A program made the translations under genes and the position numbers. Below are positions 20,616 to 29,693 of a stretch of 64,000 bases of DNA, one piece after another. Each line of letters starts with the position of its first letter. Position 1 is the stretch's first letter. Source of the stretch: Lautropia sp. (GTDB lineage Bacteria > Pseudomonadota > Gammaproteobacteria > Burkholderiales > Burkholderiaceae_E); assembly GCA_030530775.1 (NCBI GenBank), contig JAUMUG010000007.1, forward strand, positions 10,690 to 74,689. The letters are read 5' to 3'. The notes under the pieces were generated by a model. The model did not search any database and had not been told where the DNA came from. It saw nothing but the letters and a program-made list of their open reading frames with translations.

Positions 20616-21430
20616 TTCAGATGCGACAGGTGGCCACACTGGCCTCCAAGGAATTCCACGACCGACTGCGCAATCGCTGGGTGCTGGCGGTGGCGCTGGT
20701 GTTTGCCGTGTTCTCATTGGTCATCACCTATGCCGGCGGTGCCCAGCAGGGCACGGTCGGATTGCGTTCGCTCGAATTCACCATCACCAGTCTGGTCAGC
20801 CTCGTCATCTATCTGGTGCCGCTGATCGCCTTGCTGCTCGGCTTCGATGCCGTCGTCGGTGAAAAGGAACGCGGCTCGCTCGATCTGCTGCTGGCCTACC
20901 CGGTCACGCGCAGTGAATTGCTGCTGGGCAAATACTGCGGACTGGCGCTGGCACTGGCGCTGGCCATGCTGGCGGGACTGGCCACCGTCGGGGTGGTACT
21001 CGTCATCCAGTTCGGCAACGATGCGTTGTTCCATTACGTCGGCTTCGTAATCAGCGCACTGCTGATGGGGCTTGCCTTCCTGAGTCTGGCGGTGCTGGTG
21101 TCGGTACTGGCCCGCGACAGAACCCGGGCCTCGGGCGCCGCTATCATCCTGTGGTTTCTGTTCGTGCTGGTCTTCGATCTGGTATTGCTGGGCGTCCTGG
21201 TGGCAACCGCCGGCCATTACGGCGGGGATATCTTCCCCTATCTGTTGCTGCTCAACCCCACCGATGTGTTCCGCATTCTCAATGTCTTTTCGACCGAAGA
21301 CGTGAAAAGCGCCTACGGTCTGATCAATGTGATGCCGCCCACGCTCTCGAACATCGGTGTTCTGAGCACTGTGATGCTGGCTTGGATCGTTGCCCCCCTG
21401 ATGCTTGCCAATTGGAGATTCAAACCATGA
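20612..21430 (+). CDS. nosY: NosY, ABC-2 type permease
   Basis: Six TM helices; ATGA overlap with the nosF stop; position within the nos operon. Confidence 0.85.
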   Translation: MIQMRQVATLASKEFHDRLRNRWVLAVALVFAVFSLVITYAGGAQQGTVGLRSLEFTITSLVSLVIYLVPLIALLLGFDAVVGEKERGSLDLLLAYPVTRSELLLGKYCGLALALALAMLAGLATVGVVLVIQFGNDALFHYVGFVISALLMGLAFLSLAVLVSVLARDRTRASGAAIILWFLFVLVFDLVLLGVLVATAGHYGGDIFPYLLLLNPTDVFRILNVFSTEDVKSAYGLINVMPPTLSNIGVLSTVMLAWIVAPLMLANWRFKP

Positions 21431-22020
21431 TGACTCATCAGCCTTACGCCTGCCAATGTAACCACTGTGATACTTCAAGAGATGAATCCTGGCTGAATCG
21501 GCGGCGCATGATGCTGGGCCTGATGGTGCTGGCCTCACTGCCCGTGCTATCGGCCTGCAAGTCCGAAGAGCAAAAGGCAGCCAACACCGAACCAGTCGAA
21601 ATCACCCGCGACACCGCCTGCGAACTGGACGGCATGCTGCTGGCGGACTACCCCGGCCCCAAGGGGCAGATTCATTACGCCGGTCAGGAAGAACCCGTCT
21701 TCTATTGCGACACGGTGGAGGTTTTGAACGCGTTGCTGGTACCCGAACAGGTCCGCAAGGTCAACGCAGTCTATGTGCAAGACATGGGCAAGACCGATTG
21801 GGATGATCCCAAGGGTGCCTGGATCGATGCACGCAAGGCCCTCTACGTGCATGGCAGCAAACGCAAAGGATCAATGGGGCCGACGTTGGCCAGTTTCAGT
21901 GAAGAAGCCGATGCACAGGCCTTCATCCAGGAATACGGCGGCAAACTGCTGCGCATGGAAGAGATCACACCGGAAATGGTCGACCTGCGCGGTGGCGCCC
22001 ACCGGGACCACAGCATGTAG
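21427..22020 (+). CDS. nosL: NosL, copper-chaperone lipoprotein
   Basis: Lipoprotein signal MMLGLMVLASLPVLSAC; conserved NosL body (...IHYAGQEEPVFYCDTVEVLNALL...). ATGATGA overlap with nosY. An alternative start at 21508 (MMLGL...) would give a conventional signal peptide. Confidence 0.75.
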   Translation: MMTHQPYACQCNHCDTSRDESWLNRRRMMLGLMVLASLPVLSACKSEEQKAANTEPVEITRDTACELDGMLLADYPGPKGQIHYAGQEEPVFYCDTVEVLNALLVPEQVRKVNAVYVQDMGKTDWDDPKGAWIDARKALYVHGSKRKGSMGPTLASFSEEADAQAFIQEYGGKLLRMEEITPEMVDLRGGAHRDHSM

Positions 22021-22247
22021 TCAGTGGCCATGGTCATCGCACCCATGGCGTGAACCCGCGCACAAAGCAACACTCGGCCCGGCTGCTGACGGCAGACAGG
22101 CAGGTCCTGGCCAGGATCGCAGACATGGCAGGACCTCCGGTCATTGTCATTCAACGATCGCCCTCCGGTCGTCTCCCACAATGTCTGGGGTGCATCGACG
22201 CATCCCGTGCGTCAAGCACCCGGACCACTTCTGAACAACGATACGCC

Positions 22248-23141
22248 ATGAAAAAAACAATCATCGGTGTCACACGTCCCCTCGCTGCACAACCGGTTGG
22301 CAACGCCTGGCAGGAGCAGCTCTTCTTTGGCTATCAGGGCCTGGGTCGTCAGACCAACCCCGCCATCCTGGCCAGCCACGTACCAGCACAGCCGATGGCC
22401 ACCGATGCCGAACCGCGCAGCACCGGTGTGCAGGCCCGGGCTGGTTTCGAATGTGTCACGCTGCTGCTACAGGGTGAGCTGCTGTGCCGGGACTCGGCCG
22501 ACACCGACCAGCGACTGAGCACCGGTGACGTGCTGTGGCAGGGCGCAGGCCGGGGCGCACTGTATGAAGATCTGCCAGCCCCACTCGACACCGGACGCCA
22601 GAGTGATGACGACGGGCAAACCCGGGATGACACGCTGCAACTGCTGCGTTTCTGGATCAATCTGCCAGCCGATTACAAAGGAACGGATCCCCATAGCCAG
22701 TTCATACCCGCGGCGCAGATTCCAACGTTGGAATTGCCCGGCGGCGCCGGCAACTTGCGTGTGATCGCCGGCGAATGGAATGATCGACTGGGGCCGGCCG
22801 AAACGGTCACGCCACTGCAGCTGTGGGAGATTCAGGCGTGTGCCGGTCACAGCATCACCTTGCCCCTGCCACGCCGCTGGTACGCACTGCTGCTGGTGCT
22901 GGAAGGGCAAGTCCGCCATCACTATTGGCCAACCCTGATCAACGGACCGCAACTGGCGCTGCTGGATGCCGCAGGCGACGAGTTGTCGATCGACGTCCTA
23001 CAGGATACGCGGCTGGTGCTGCTGAGCTGCGAACCACTCGACGAGCCGATCATGGGTCACGACACACTGGTGATGAACACCGCAGAACAGCTTCAGACCT
23101 GCGAAACGAAGTTGGCAGCCGGAGAATTCGGAACGCTTTGA
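22248..23141 (+). CDS. pirin-family bicupin protein lacking the canonical metal-binding histidines
   Basis: Bicupin architecture. ...QARAGFECVTLLLQGELLCRDS... aligns to the pirin HPHRGFETVTY..GE..HRDS block, but with His->Gln/Ala substitutions. Confidence 0.55.
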   Translation: MKKTIIGVTRPLAAQPVGNAWQEQLFFGYQGLGRQTNPAILASHVPAQPMATDAEPRSTGVQARAGFECVTLLLQGELLCRDSADTDQRLSTGDVLWQGAGRGALYEDLPAPLDTGRQSDDDGQTRDDTLQLLRFWINLPADYKGTDPHSQFIPAAQIPTLELPGGAGNLRVIAGEWNDRLGPAETVTPLQLWEIQACAGHSITLPLPRRWYALLLVLEGQVRHHYWPTLINGPQLALLDAAGDELSIDVLQDTRLVLLSCEPLDEPIMGHDTLVMNTAEQLQTCETKLAAGEFGTL

Positions 23142-23372
23142 GCAGGCGGCTCCACGCGAGCTTCCATACCACTTCACGACATCCGTCGCGCGGGCCGCAT
23201 GCCAATGCGTCTTCGACAACCTGCTCTGACCGTGTTCCACGCGGCAAGACCGTTTGCCGGCATAAACGCCGGAGCCTGGCCTGCAACTGGGAGGATCATC
23301 CGATCGAACGGACGGACACCATTGCCGCTGGAAACTGATCCGACCGGATGGCTCGTCTTGGCACTTGAGAAG

Positions 23373-24398
23373 TCATTCGATCGAGTGGATCGTCTGCAGG
23401 ATCAGCCGGATCGTCAGTGCATTGGCTTCCCAATGCGGCATGTGCCCCGTGTCGGGCAGCAGATGCAGCGCCGTCTGCGGCGGCGCATCGAGAACATGCC
23501 GCCAGGGTAACACCGCATCGGCACGCCCTTGCACGATGCGTTGCGGCCCCTCGAAAGCCTGCAGGCAATCGAGGATACGGTAACGCACCCGACCACTGGC
23601 ATCGAACAGCTGCCGCACCAGCGCCGTCAGCTGTGGCCGCCCCTCGTCCAGCCGATCGAGCATCGCCCGCAGATAGCTGGTTGATGCCCGATAATGCCTC
23701 ACCGTCAGATAGGCCAGCGCCTCGGCCAATGACGCCTCATCGGTGGCCGACAGAATACCCTCGATGAAACGCCGGCGGATTTCGGCCCCCATACCCAACG
23801 GTGCCAACAGCACCAACGCTTCGGCAGCAAACAAGTGTTGCGTCAGCAATCGCGCGGCTATCAGGCTACCAAAGGAATGCGCGACCAGCACCGGATGCAA
23901 AGGCTGCTCTGCCACCAACACATCGGCCACCGCCTCGACCACTGCATCCACCGAACGAACCTGAGCACGACTGTCGCCGTGCCCGGGCAGATCGATGGCC
24001 AGCACATTCAAACCCGCCCGACTGAGATTCAAAGCCGTCGCCGACCAAACGTCGATGCTGCCGAACATACCGTGCAACAACACCGCCGTACGCGTGCGTG
24101 ATGGAGCGCCCCATACATCCCTGGTTTCCGCGACCGGTTCGGTATTCGCCGATGCGCCCACGGCATCGACATTCCGTCCATACGCACCAGCATCCGGCGT
24201 GACGAGTTGGACACCTTCGCCGGACAGGCAGTTGCCGAAACCCATGCCGATATCGGTGTTGGTGTTGGTGTTGGTGTTGGCAGACCAGTATTTCAGATGT
24301 ATCTGACCATGCCGGGTCCGACACCAACGTGAAATGCCGACCTGTGCCGGCTGGCGTGCAGTCATCGTCTCGACCATACCCCCATACCCGTCGTTCAT
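23373..24398 (-). CDS. alpha/beta-fold hydrolase with internal (Asn-Thr)4 repeat
   Basis: ...VLLHGMFGS...VAHSFGSLIAARLL... nucleophile elbow and ...LLPDTGHMPHWE catalytic His region. The N-terminal ~110 residues and the true start are uncertain. Confidence 0.6.
   Translation of the reverse strand: MNDGYGGMVETMTARQPAQVGISRWCRTRHGQIHLKYWSANTNTNTNTDIGMGFGNCLSGEGVQLVTPDAGAYGRNVDAVGASANTEPVAETRDVWGAPSRTRTAVLLHGMFGSIDVWSATALNLSRAGLNVLAIDLPGHGDSRAQVRSVDAVVEAVADVLVAEQPLHPVLVAHSFGSLIAARLLTQHLFAAEALVLLAPLGMGAEIRRRFIEGILSATDEASLAEALAYLTVRHYRASTSYLRAMLDRLDEGRPQLTALVRQLFDASGRVRYRILDCLQAFEGPQRIVQGRADAVLPWRHVLDAPPQTALHLLPDTGHMPHWEANALTIRLILQTIHSIE
24255..24280. repeat. hexanucleotide microsatellite (GGTGTT)x4.3 inside the hydrolase CDS
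   Basis: Direct reading: cGGTGTTGGTGTTGGTGTTGGTGTTGGc. In frame, encoding NTNTNTNT on the minus strand. Confidence 0.8.
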
Positions 24399-24500
24399 CG
24401 ATCTCTGTCAGCGAGCTGCCCTGCAGATCGAAACTGCCTACGACCGCCCGCACCCATCGAGCACCACGGCAGCCATGCCATCGCCTGGAAGCCCGGACTA

Positions 24501-24575
24501 CAACTGGGTATTCCGATAATCGTGACCGCTGGATTCCGGCATCGTGACCGCCAATTCCGGTGATCGTGACCGCAG
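24501..24575. repeat. three-and-a-half tandem copies of a ~21-22 bp unit (TTCCGg..ATCGTGACCGC)
   Basis: attccgataATCGTGACCGC / tggattccggcATCGTGACCGC / caattccggtgATCGTGACCGC / aggaccgataagc, read directly. Iteron-like array in a non-coding, lower-GC patch. Confidence 0.7.
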
Positions 24576-24723
24576 GACCGATAAGCAAGAGCAAAGCGCC
24601 TCCGGAATTGTACGTTTTTTGGACAATGAGTCGGATATGAGCCCCATTGCCCAGGCCTTCGTGGGTCGTGCTCATGCTGGTTCGGGCACCTCGGTTTCTT
24701 CATGAGCGCTGGGATGCCTTCGA

Positions 24724-25038
24724 TCAGCGCCAGTCGCTCGGTACGCAGCAGCCGATCCTGTATAGCCAGCTCCGGCTCATCGATCCAGGCATACCAGTGT
24801 CCGACGGGCAACTGATTGGTGACGATGGTGGCACGGCCACACCAGTCCGGTCGTCAAGGATTTCCATGAGTTCCTGGCAGAATCGACATCGAGAACCTGG
24901 GCTTTTATCCTTCTGAAAAACGAGATCACCGACACATTGCTCGGCTGCTATCGCCGCAATCAGTGTGAAGTGGCACCGGAAAACGACCCGGGCGGTGACG
25001 CCCTGATCGATCACCTGCTGCTCCTGGGTAACGGACAT
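24724..25038 (-). pseudogene. possible remnant of a PIN-like / Mut7-C (DUF82/DUF5615) family gene
   Basis: Translation ...LIAAIAAEQCVGDLVFQKDK...SRCRFCQELMEILDDRTGVAVPP resembles the middle and first zinc-ribbon half of Mut7-C RNase-domain proteins. The N-terminus and second zinc knuckle are missing or out of frame. Surrounded by ORF-poor, lower-GC sequence. Confidence 0.25.
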
Positions 25039-25554
25039 TTCGTCGCAGGTGACAGCCCCTGCGATCTCGCCCCCCGGAAGCCGCCATTTATGGACCGCGT
25101 CTCAGCGCTACCTCGATACCCTGACCGGCCATCAGGCATAGCCTTTCCTTATGCGAGAATATCTTGGTCCGAACAGTCAGGAAGCTTGCAACCAGACCAA
25201 ATCGAATACCGGCAATCTCATTACCTCACTGTATCAGTATCGGATCAAGCTCAAGAAATGTCTTCCTGTACTGGGCTGACTGGACGGTCTTGGTGGAAAC
25301 GAATTCTTTACAAAAGAATCCAGGCGCAAACTAAGTGTCAGGCCCGGTATCAGGATCACAACGGCAGGACAGTCGAAGGATCAACACACTGGCCAGGTTC
25401 CAACCGAAAGAACAGGAATAAGATCAGAAGCGGATCAAAAGATCGGATCACAAGCAACGGCCGATCGAGAAACGAAAATGGGAACGACCGAAACGAAGAA
25501 CACAATCCAATCGATCTTGAAGACGAGAACCGATTTCGATGACGAACTCAGTGC

Positions 25555-25582
25555 AAAAAGCCGCGCTTCGACGCGGCGTTTT
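25555..25582. terminator. bidirectional rho-independent terminator downstream of the OmpA-family gene
   Basis: AAAAAG-CCGCG-cttcga-CGCGG-CGTTTT: perfect GC stem flanked by A-run and T-run, so U-tract on both strands. Lies 25 nt beyond the stop of the minus-strand gene that ends at 25607. Confidence 0.7.
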
Positions 25583-25606
25583 ACCCCAGTGCATTCGAAG
25601 ACAAGA

Positions 25607-26647
25607 TCAAGGCTTCCTGACCCCCACGACTTCGATGCTGACTCGGCGATCCGGCTGCAGACACTGCAAAACATCGTCCCGATCACGTGGATTCAGCTCC
25701 TGACAAGCGGAAGGTTCGACCGGAACCGCACCCATCGGCACCATCGCCATCGGATGCGTCACGCCCAAGCGTTGCAGCTCGTCTCGAACAGTCATCGCAC
25801 GCTGCATCGACAGACGAGTATTGTAGTTGGCATTACCCATACGATCGGCATAACCGATCAGATTCAGACTGTCGATACGGACATACTGTGCCTTCAGTTC
25901 CTCGGCAAAGGAGCGCAGCTGTGCCAAATCTGACGGCAGGATATCATTGACGCCGTACTGATCAAAGAGGAAACGCACCTCCAAATTCGCCACCGAAGTA
26001 GCGATCTCAGCAACTGATGCTCCACCCGTCTGGCATTGTTTGGCCGCCTGTTCCGCTTCTGCCGTCAAGTCCTCGGCAATCTGAATATAGGGGCTGGCAT
26101 GCCGCCACCCACCCTGACGAATCTCATTTCCGGCATGTACCAGCTCGACTTCGGCACATGCCAACCGAGCCGCCGCGCAGCTCAGACCTTCCGAATTGCG
26201 GATCTGGACGTGGCGAGACCACAGATCATCGCGCAGGCGACGAGCTTTGTTGACCAGCGGTGTTTCGCTGACATCAGGCATCACACCACGCTCAAGTTGC
26301 GTCAGGATATCCTGCGCCTGATGCAAGGCAGCCTTCGGAAACCCGCCCCGGTCATTACGGCTGTACTCATGAAAGCTTACATCCAGCCAGCACTGTGCCT
26401 TGGCCAAGGCATAGTTGTCGAGTCTGATGCCCTGTTTGGAATTCAAATTGGCAATGCGAGCCTGAGTTTCACGATAGACCCCCTGGTCACGAGCGACCTG
26501 TGCCTCTTCGATTTTTTCAAAAGAAGATGCTGCCGTCGACGACTGTCCATCCGTGCTACTGTCTTTGACTGCGGAGGAATTGGCGCATGCCCCCAGCAAC
26601 ACCGACAGTAGAACTGCTGTAGACGTTGTTCGAATGGCTCTTTTCAT
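25607..26647 (-). CDS. OmpA-family lipoprotein with DUF4398-like N-terminal domain
   Basis: Start at MKRAIRTTSTAVLLSVLLGAC (lipobox). C-terminal OmpA peptidoglycan-binding domain (...NLIGYADRMGNANYNTRLSMQRAMTVRDEL...PDRRVSIEVVG). Confidence 0.8.
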   Translation of the reverse strand: MKRAIRTTSTAVLLSVLLGACANSSAVKDSSTDGQSSTAASSFEKIEEAQVARDQGVYRETQARIANLNSKQGIRLDNYALAKAQCWLDVSFHEYSRNDRGGFPKAALHQAQDILTQLERGVMPDVSETPLVNKARRLRDDLWSRHVQIRNSEGLSCAAARLACAEVELVHAGNEIRQGGWRHASPYIQIAEDLTAEAEQAAKQCQTGGASVAEIATSVANLEVRFLFDQYGVNDILPSDLAQLRSFAEELKAQYVRIDSLNLIGYADRMGNANYNTRLSMQRAMTVRDELQRLGVTHPMAMVPMGAVPVEPSACQELNPRDRDDVLQCLQPDRRVSIEVVGVRKP

Positions 26648-26892
26648 GGTTCTGATCGTCGACCGGCAGGATGGATAGACGCTGTCCGCTAAATAAGGTT
26701 GGAACACTCCTCAAATTAAAGGAAGCGACAGAACTTGCCTGCAGCATACCGACAAAAGGCAAAGTAAGGCCGATACACAGCGCCTGAATATGTCGGTAAC
26801 CATCAACATACCAACAGCACACGGCTCCGCCCCAAAGTCGGATCCATTCATCCAGCTCCTCATACACTTCGTCGAGTGTCACATTGGCCAGC

Positions 26893-26943
26893 GTGCGCCC
26901 ATGCTGGGCGCACCCAAAAAAAACCCCAGCCCAAAGGCTGGGG
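26893..26943 (-). terminator. tandem hairpins / rho-independent terminator downstream of the galactose-oxidase-like gene
   Basis: GTGCGCCC-atgct-GGGCGCAC, then CCCCAGCC-caaa-GGCTGGGG preceded by A8 on the plus strand (a T8 tract on the minus strand). Confidence 0.65.
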
Positions 26944-26996
26944 TTCGTCCCTATCCCAACAATCGGCCGATACTCTGACCGGTTGATGGATCAAGG

Positions 26997-28880
26997 TCAG
27001 GGATTGGTGGTCGGGTTGATCCGAATCATCCGAGCCTTCGAAGGCACACCGGCCTTATTGAAAGCGAACACCATGTAGTAGCCCGGAGGCGTCAGGTACT
27101 TATTGGCTGGCAACTGGATTTCCAGCGCGTTGCCGTTGACCTTGAAGTCCACCTGCTGATAACGCTGTTCCATGTCGAAGGCGTGGGTCACGGCACCAGT
27201 CTTGATCAGCGTCACCTTCCCGATATCCGCAGCATTCGGCGAATTCACACTGAAGGCAGCGGCCGGATCGACGACCAGCGGTAGGCCACCATCGGCCCCT
27301 TCCAACACCGGGCGTTCTGCCAGCGTACCATCATCATTGAACAGATAGGGCGGACGATAGATCTGAGCATTCAGGTTCTGGACCGGCCCCGGCGCCCCTC
27401 CACCCGAAGACAGCACCGTACCATCCGGCAACAGCAGTGTCACGCTGTGATAGATGCGGATGGCATCAAACTTGGCAGCAGTCGTGAACTGACGGGTTTC
27501 GGGATTGAAGATCAGCGCATCGTAATTGATCTCGCCAGCGTCCTGGTTGATCGGCTCAATGGTGTCGAGAAGCACGTTCTTGGTCGAACCACCGGAAACC
27601 AGCACATTGCCGTCAGCCATCACGGTAGAGCTGGCCCAATAGTAGTTCTTCGACAATTTGGGCAGATCGATCAGCTCGGGCTTGCCGCTGTTGATGTCGA
27701 TCAGCGTGGCACGGGGCTCCATGCCACCAAACTGCAGAATCAAGCCTGGACGAATCAACGCAGCGGTGGAAGCACCCGACCAGCCACGATAAAAATTCGT
27801 TTCCTTGGCACGTTCGACCGGATCACTGTGCGGAATGTCCCAGTGAGCGCCGAACATCTTGATACTGCCAGTGCCCTTGGGATCGATCTCGTACATGTAG
27901 TGCGGGTCGAAGCCGAAGATCTTGCCGTTCGGAGCGACGAAGTTGCGCGGGTAATTATTGTCGAAGTACCGGTTTTCACCGTTGACCGACATGAAAGTCT
28001 CGTTCGTCTTGATGCTGGTCAACGGACGCGAGGTGCCATCCAGGTGACGAACCTCGGGATATTCTTCACCGCTGGTTCCACCCTGGATATAGATCTCGCC
28101 ACTGGGCAGCGTCGTGGCCGAACCGTACCAGCGAGGCAGCTGCATCGGGTTGGCATCACGCTTCAGCGAGTTGTCAGCCGGATTGAACAGGTTGACATCG
28201 CGCACACCGGTACTGGTGGGACGACCACCGCGGATCAGGTCTCCGCCCAGCACCAGCATTTCGCCCGTCGTTGGGATCAGGATCTGCGCGGAGCAGAACA
28301 GGAAGGTGCCGGTCGTGTTTTCCAGCAGCGTGTGGGAATCGTCCGCAATGCCCAGCGTCGGATCCCAGACGTCATAATAGAACTTCCAATCCCCCTTGGC
28401 GCTGTAGTCGACACCAAAACTCATCACCCGGCCATCCGGCGTCAGGGCGGCATGAATCGCCATGACCGGCCAATCGAACAGCGGAGTCCAGCTGCCCATG
28501 GTCTTCAGCGTCGGGCTGGGGGTCGGCGCATCGATCCGAGTTATACCGCTGCCGGTGGTGGCCTGGGCATCATCCGGCACGACGCCACCCAGTCCCGGTG
28601 CAGGTTTGCCATCACCTTCGGCAGCCACTTGAGCCGGAGGCGCCCCCAATGTCATGGTCGAGCCGGCAGCAGTGCCACCGGTGGCAGCCGTGCCGGCGCC
28701 GGCCGTACCGGCCGTACCAGTCGTTGCTATCGTACTGGTGGTATTGGTCGTGCCCGATGTCTGGGCATTGGACGAGACGTTCGTATCGCCGCTGTCGGAA
28801 CCGCCGCCACCACCGCATGCGGCGAGCAAGGTCAGCAGGGCGAGCGAAGCGAGCGGGAAGGATGGAGTAGATACTCTCAT
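26997..28880 (-). CDS. galactose-oxidase / glyoxal-oxidase-like lipoprotein (kelch propeller + DUF1929 E-set C-terminus)
   Basis: Lipobox LLAACGG, then a Gly/Thr/Ser-rich linker. Kelch-type blades (...LVLGGD..., ...IYIQGGTSG..., ...VLVSGGS..., ...VLSSGGG...). C-terminal ...GYYMVFAFNKAGVPSKARMIRI is typical of the DUF1929 domain of radical copper oxidases. Confidence 0.7.
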   Translation of the reverse strand: MRVSTPSFPLASLALLTLLAACGGGGGSDSGDTNVSSNAQTSGTTNTTSTIATTGTAGTAGAGTAATGGTAAGSTMTLGAPPAQVAAEGDGKPAPGLGGVVPDDAQATTGSGITRIDAPTPSPTLKTMGSWTPLFDWPVMAIHAALTPDGRVMSFGVDYSAKGDWKFYYDVWDPTLGIADDSHTLLENTTGTFLFCSAQILIPTTGEMLVLGGDLIRGGRPTSTGVRDVNLFNPADNSLKRDANPMQLPRWYGSATTLPSGEIYIQGGTSGEEYPEVRHLDGTSRPLTSIKTNETFMSVNGENRYFDNNYPRNFVAPNGKIFGFDPHYMYEIDPKGTGSIKMFGAHWDIPHSDPVERAKETNFYRGWSGASTAALIRPGLILQFGGMEPRATLIDINSGKPELIDLPKLSKNYYWASSTVMADGNVLVSGGSTKNVLLDTIEPINQDAGEINYDALIFNPETRQFTTAAKFDAIRIYHSVTLLLPDGTVLSSGGGAPGPVQNLNAQIYRPPYLFNDDGTLAERPVLEGADGGLPLVVDPAAAFSVNSPNAADIGKVTLIKTGAVTHAFDMEQRYQQVDFKVNGNALEIQLPANKYLTPPGYYMVFAFNKAGVPSKARMIRINPTTNP

Positions 28881-29693
28881 GGCTACCTATCTGATTCTGA
28901 AAATGTGAAACGTCCCACCAGACCCATCGACAGGAATGTGAAGGGCTTGCCACACACAATCTATGCCCCGACGGCTGGGAGCCTGCAGTTCCAAGACCTG
29001 CAACACATCCAGGGCGTCATCTGGTTCAGTTCCACAAAGGATCTTCCGCTCTCTTGACGACCAACGCATTTAAATAATGCACAGTTCTACGTCATCGGGA
29101 AGGCTGTCGATGACAAAAATTCTAACGAAAGATGGTGTAATCAAGGAGCGCCCCACACAAACCCTTCACAAACCACATAAAGTTCGCTTACAGCAGCCGA
29201 TATCAATGCGTTAAATTTAATAATTTTTACATATACGCACTTTTACTCACATATGAGAAATGAGGTCTTACTGAAGCTTCGCGATTCAGGGCATCGATAT
29301 CCTCAACACCGTACTCCTGTCTCCCACGAACTTCGACAAAGCGTAACTTACGTCAGTTTATCGACGACTTTTGAAGAAAGCCGCCGGCCCTCTTCCGAAG
29401 CATCCAATGCGGAATTTCCCGGTCTCGCCTGGCCCACCGACTCATTTGCCGGCTTCGGAAAAGGCGAAGCCATCGTTCTGGCCGGCATACAGAGAGTTGC
29501 GATTGCCAGGAACCGCAGATACGGAGTCCAAGAATAGATGCCTGTATTCGATACCCAGTGGACTGCGGAAACATTCCGATTTCTGCTCCGCGCGGGTATC
29601 TTTCAGAGGCGCCCCGAGGCCAGGGCCGGAGCGTCACTACTTGCACGCTTCGGATCACAGCCCCCCGGGGGAGGATGTCCAGACTGCGAAGAA

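Noticed and set aside
20714-21538. 274-aa minus-strand ORF
   Set aside because: Antisense shadow ORF within nosY; the product is Gln/Asp/His-rich.
24501-24575. Possible CRISPR array
   Set aside because: Only ~3.5 contiguous units of ~22 bp with no interspersed spacers, which is too short. It is a simple tandem repeat. No cas genes anywhere in the window.
23866-24675. 269-aa minus-strand ORF
   Set aside because: Different frame inside, and extending beyond, the alpha/beta-hydrolase gene. Runs through the microsatellite and the tandem repeats with a Gly/Arg/Cys-rich product. Artefact.
27447-29057. 536-aa plus-strand ORF
   Set aside because: Antisense shadow ORF within the galactose-oxidase-like gene; the product is Arg/Gly/His-rich.
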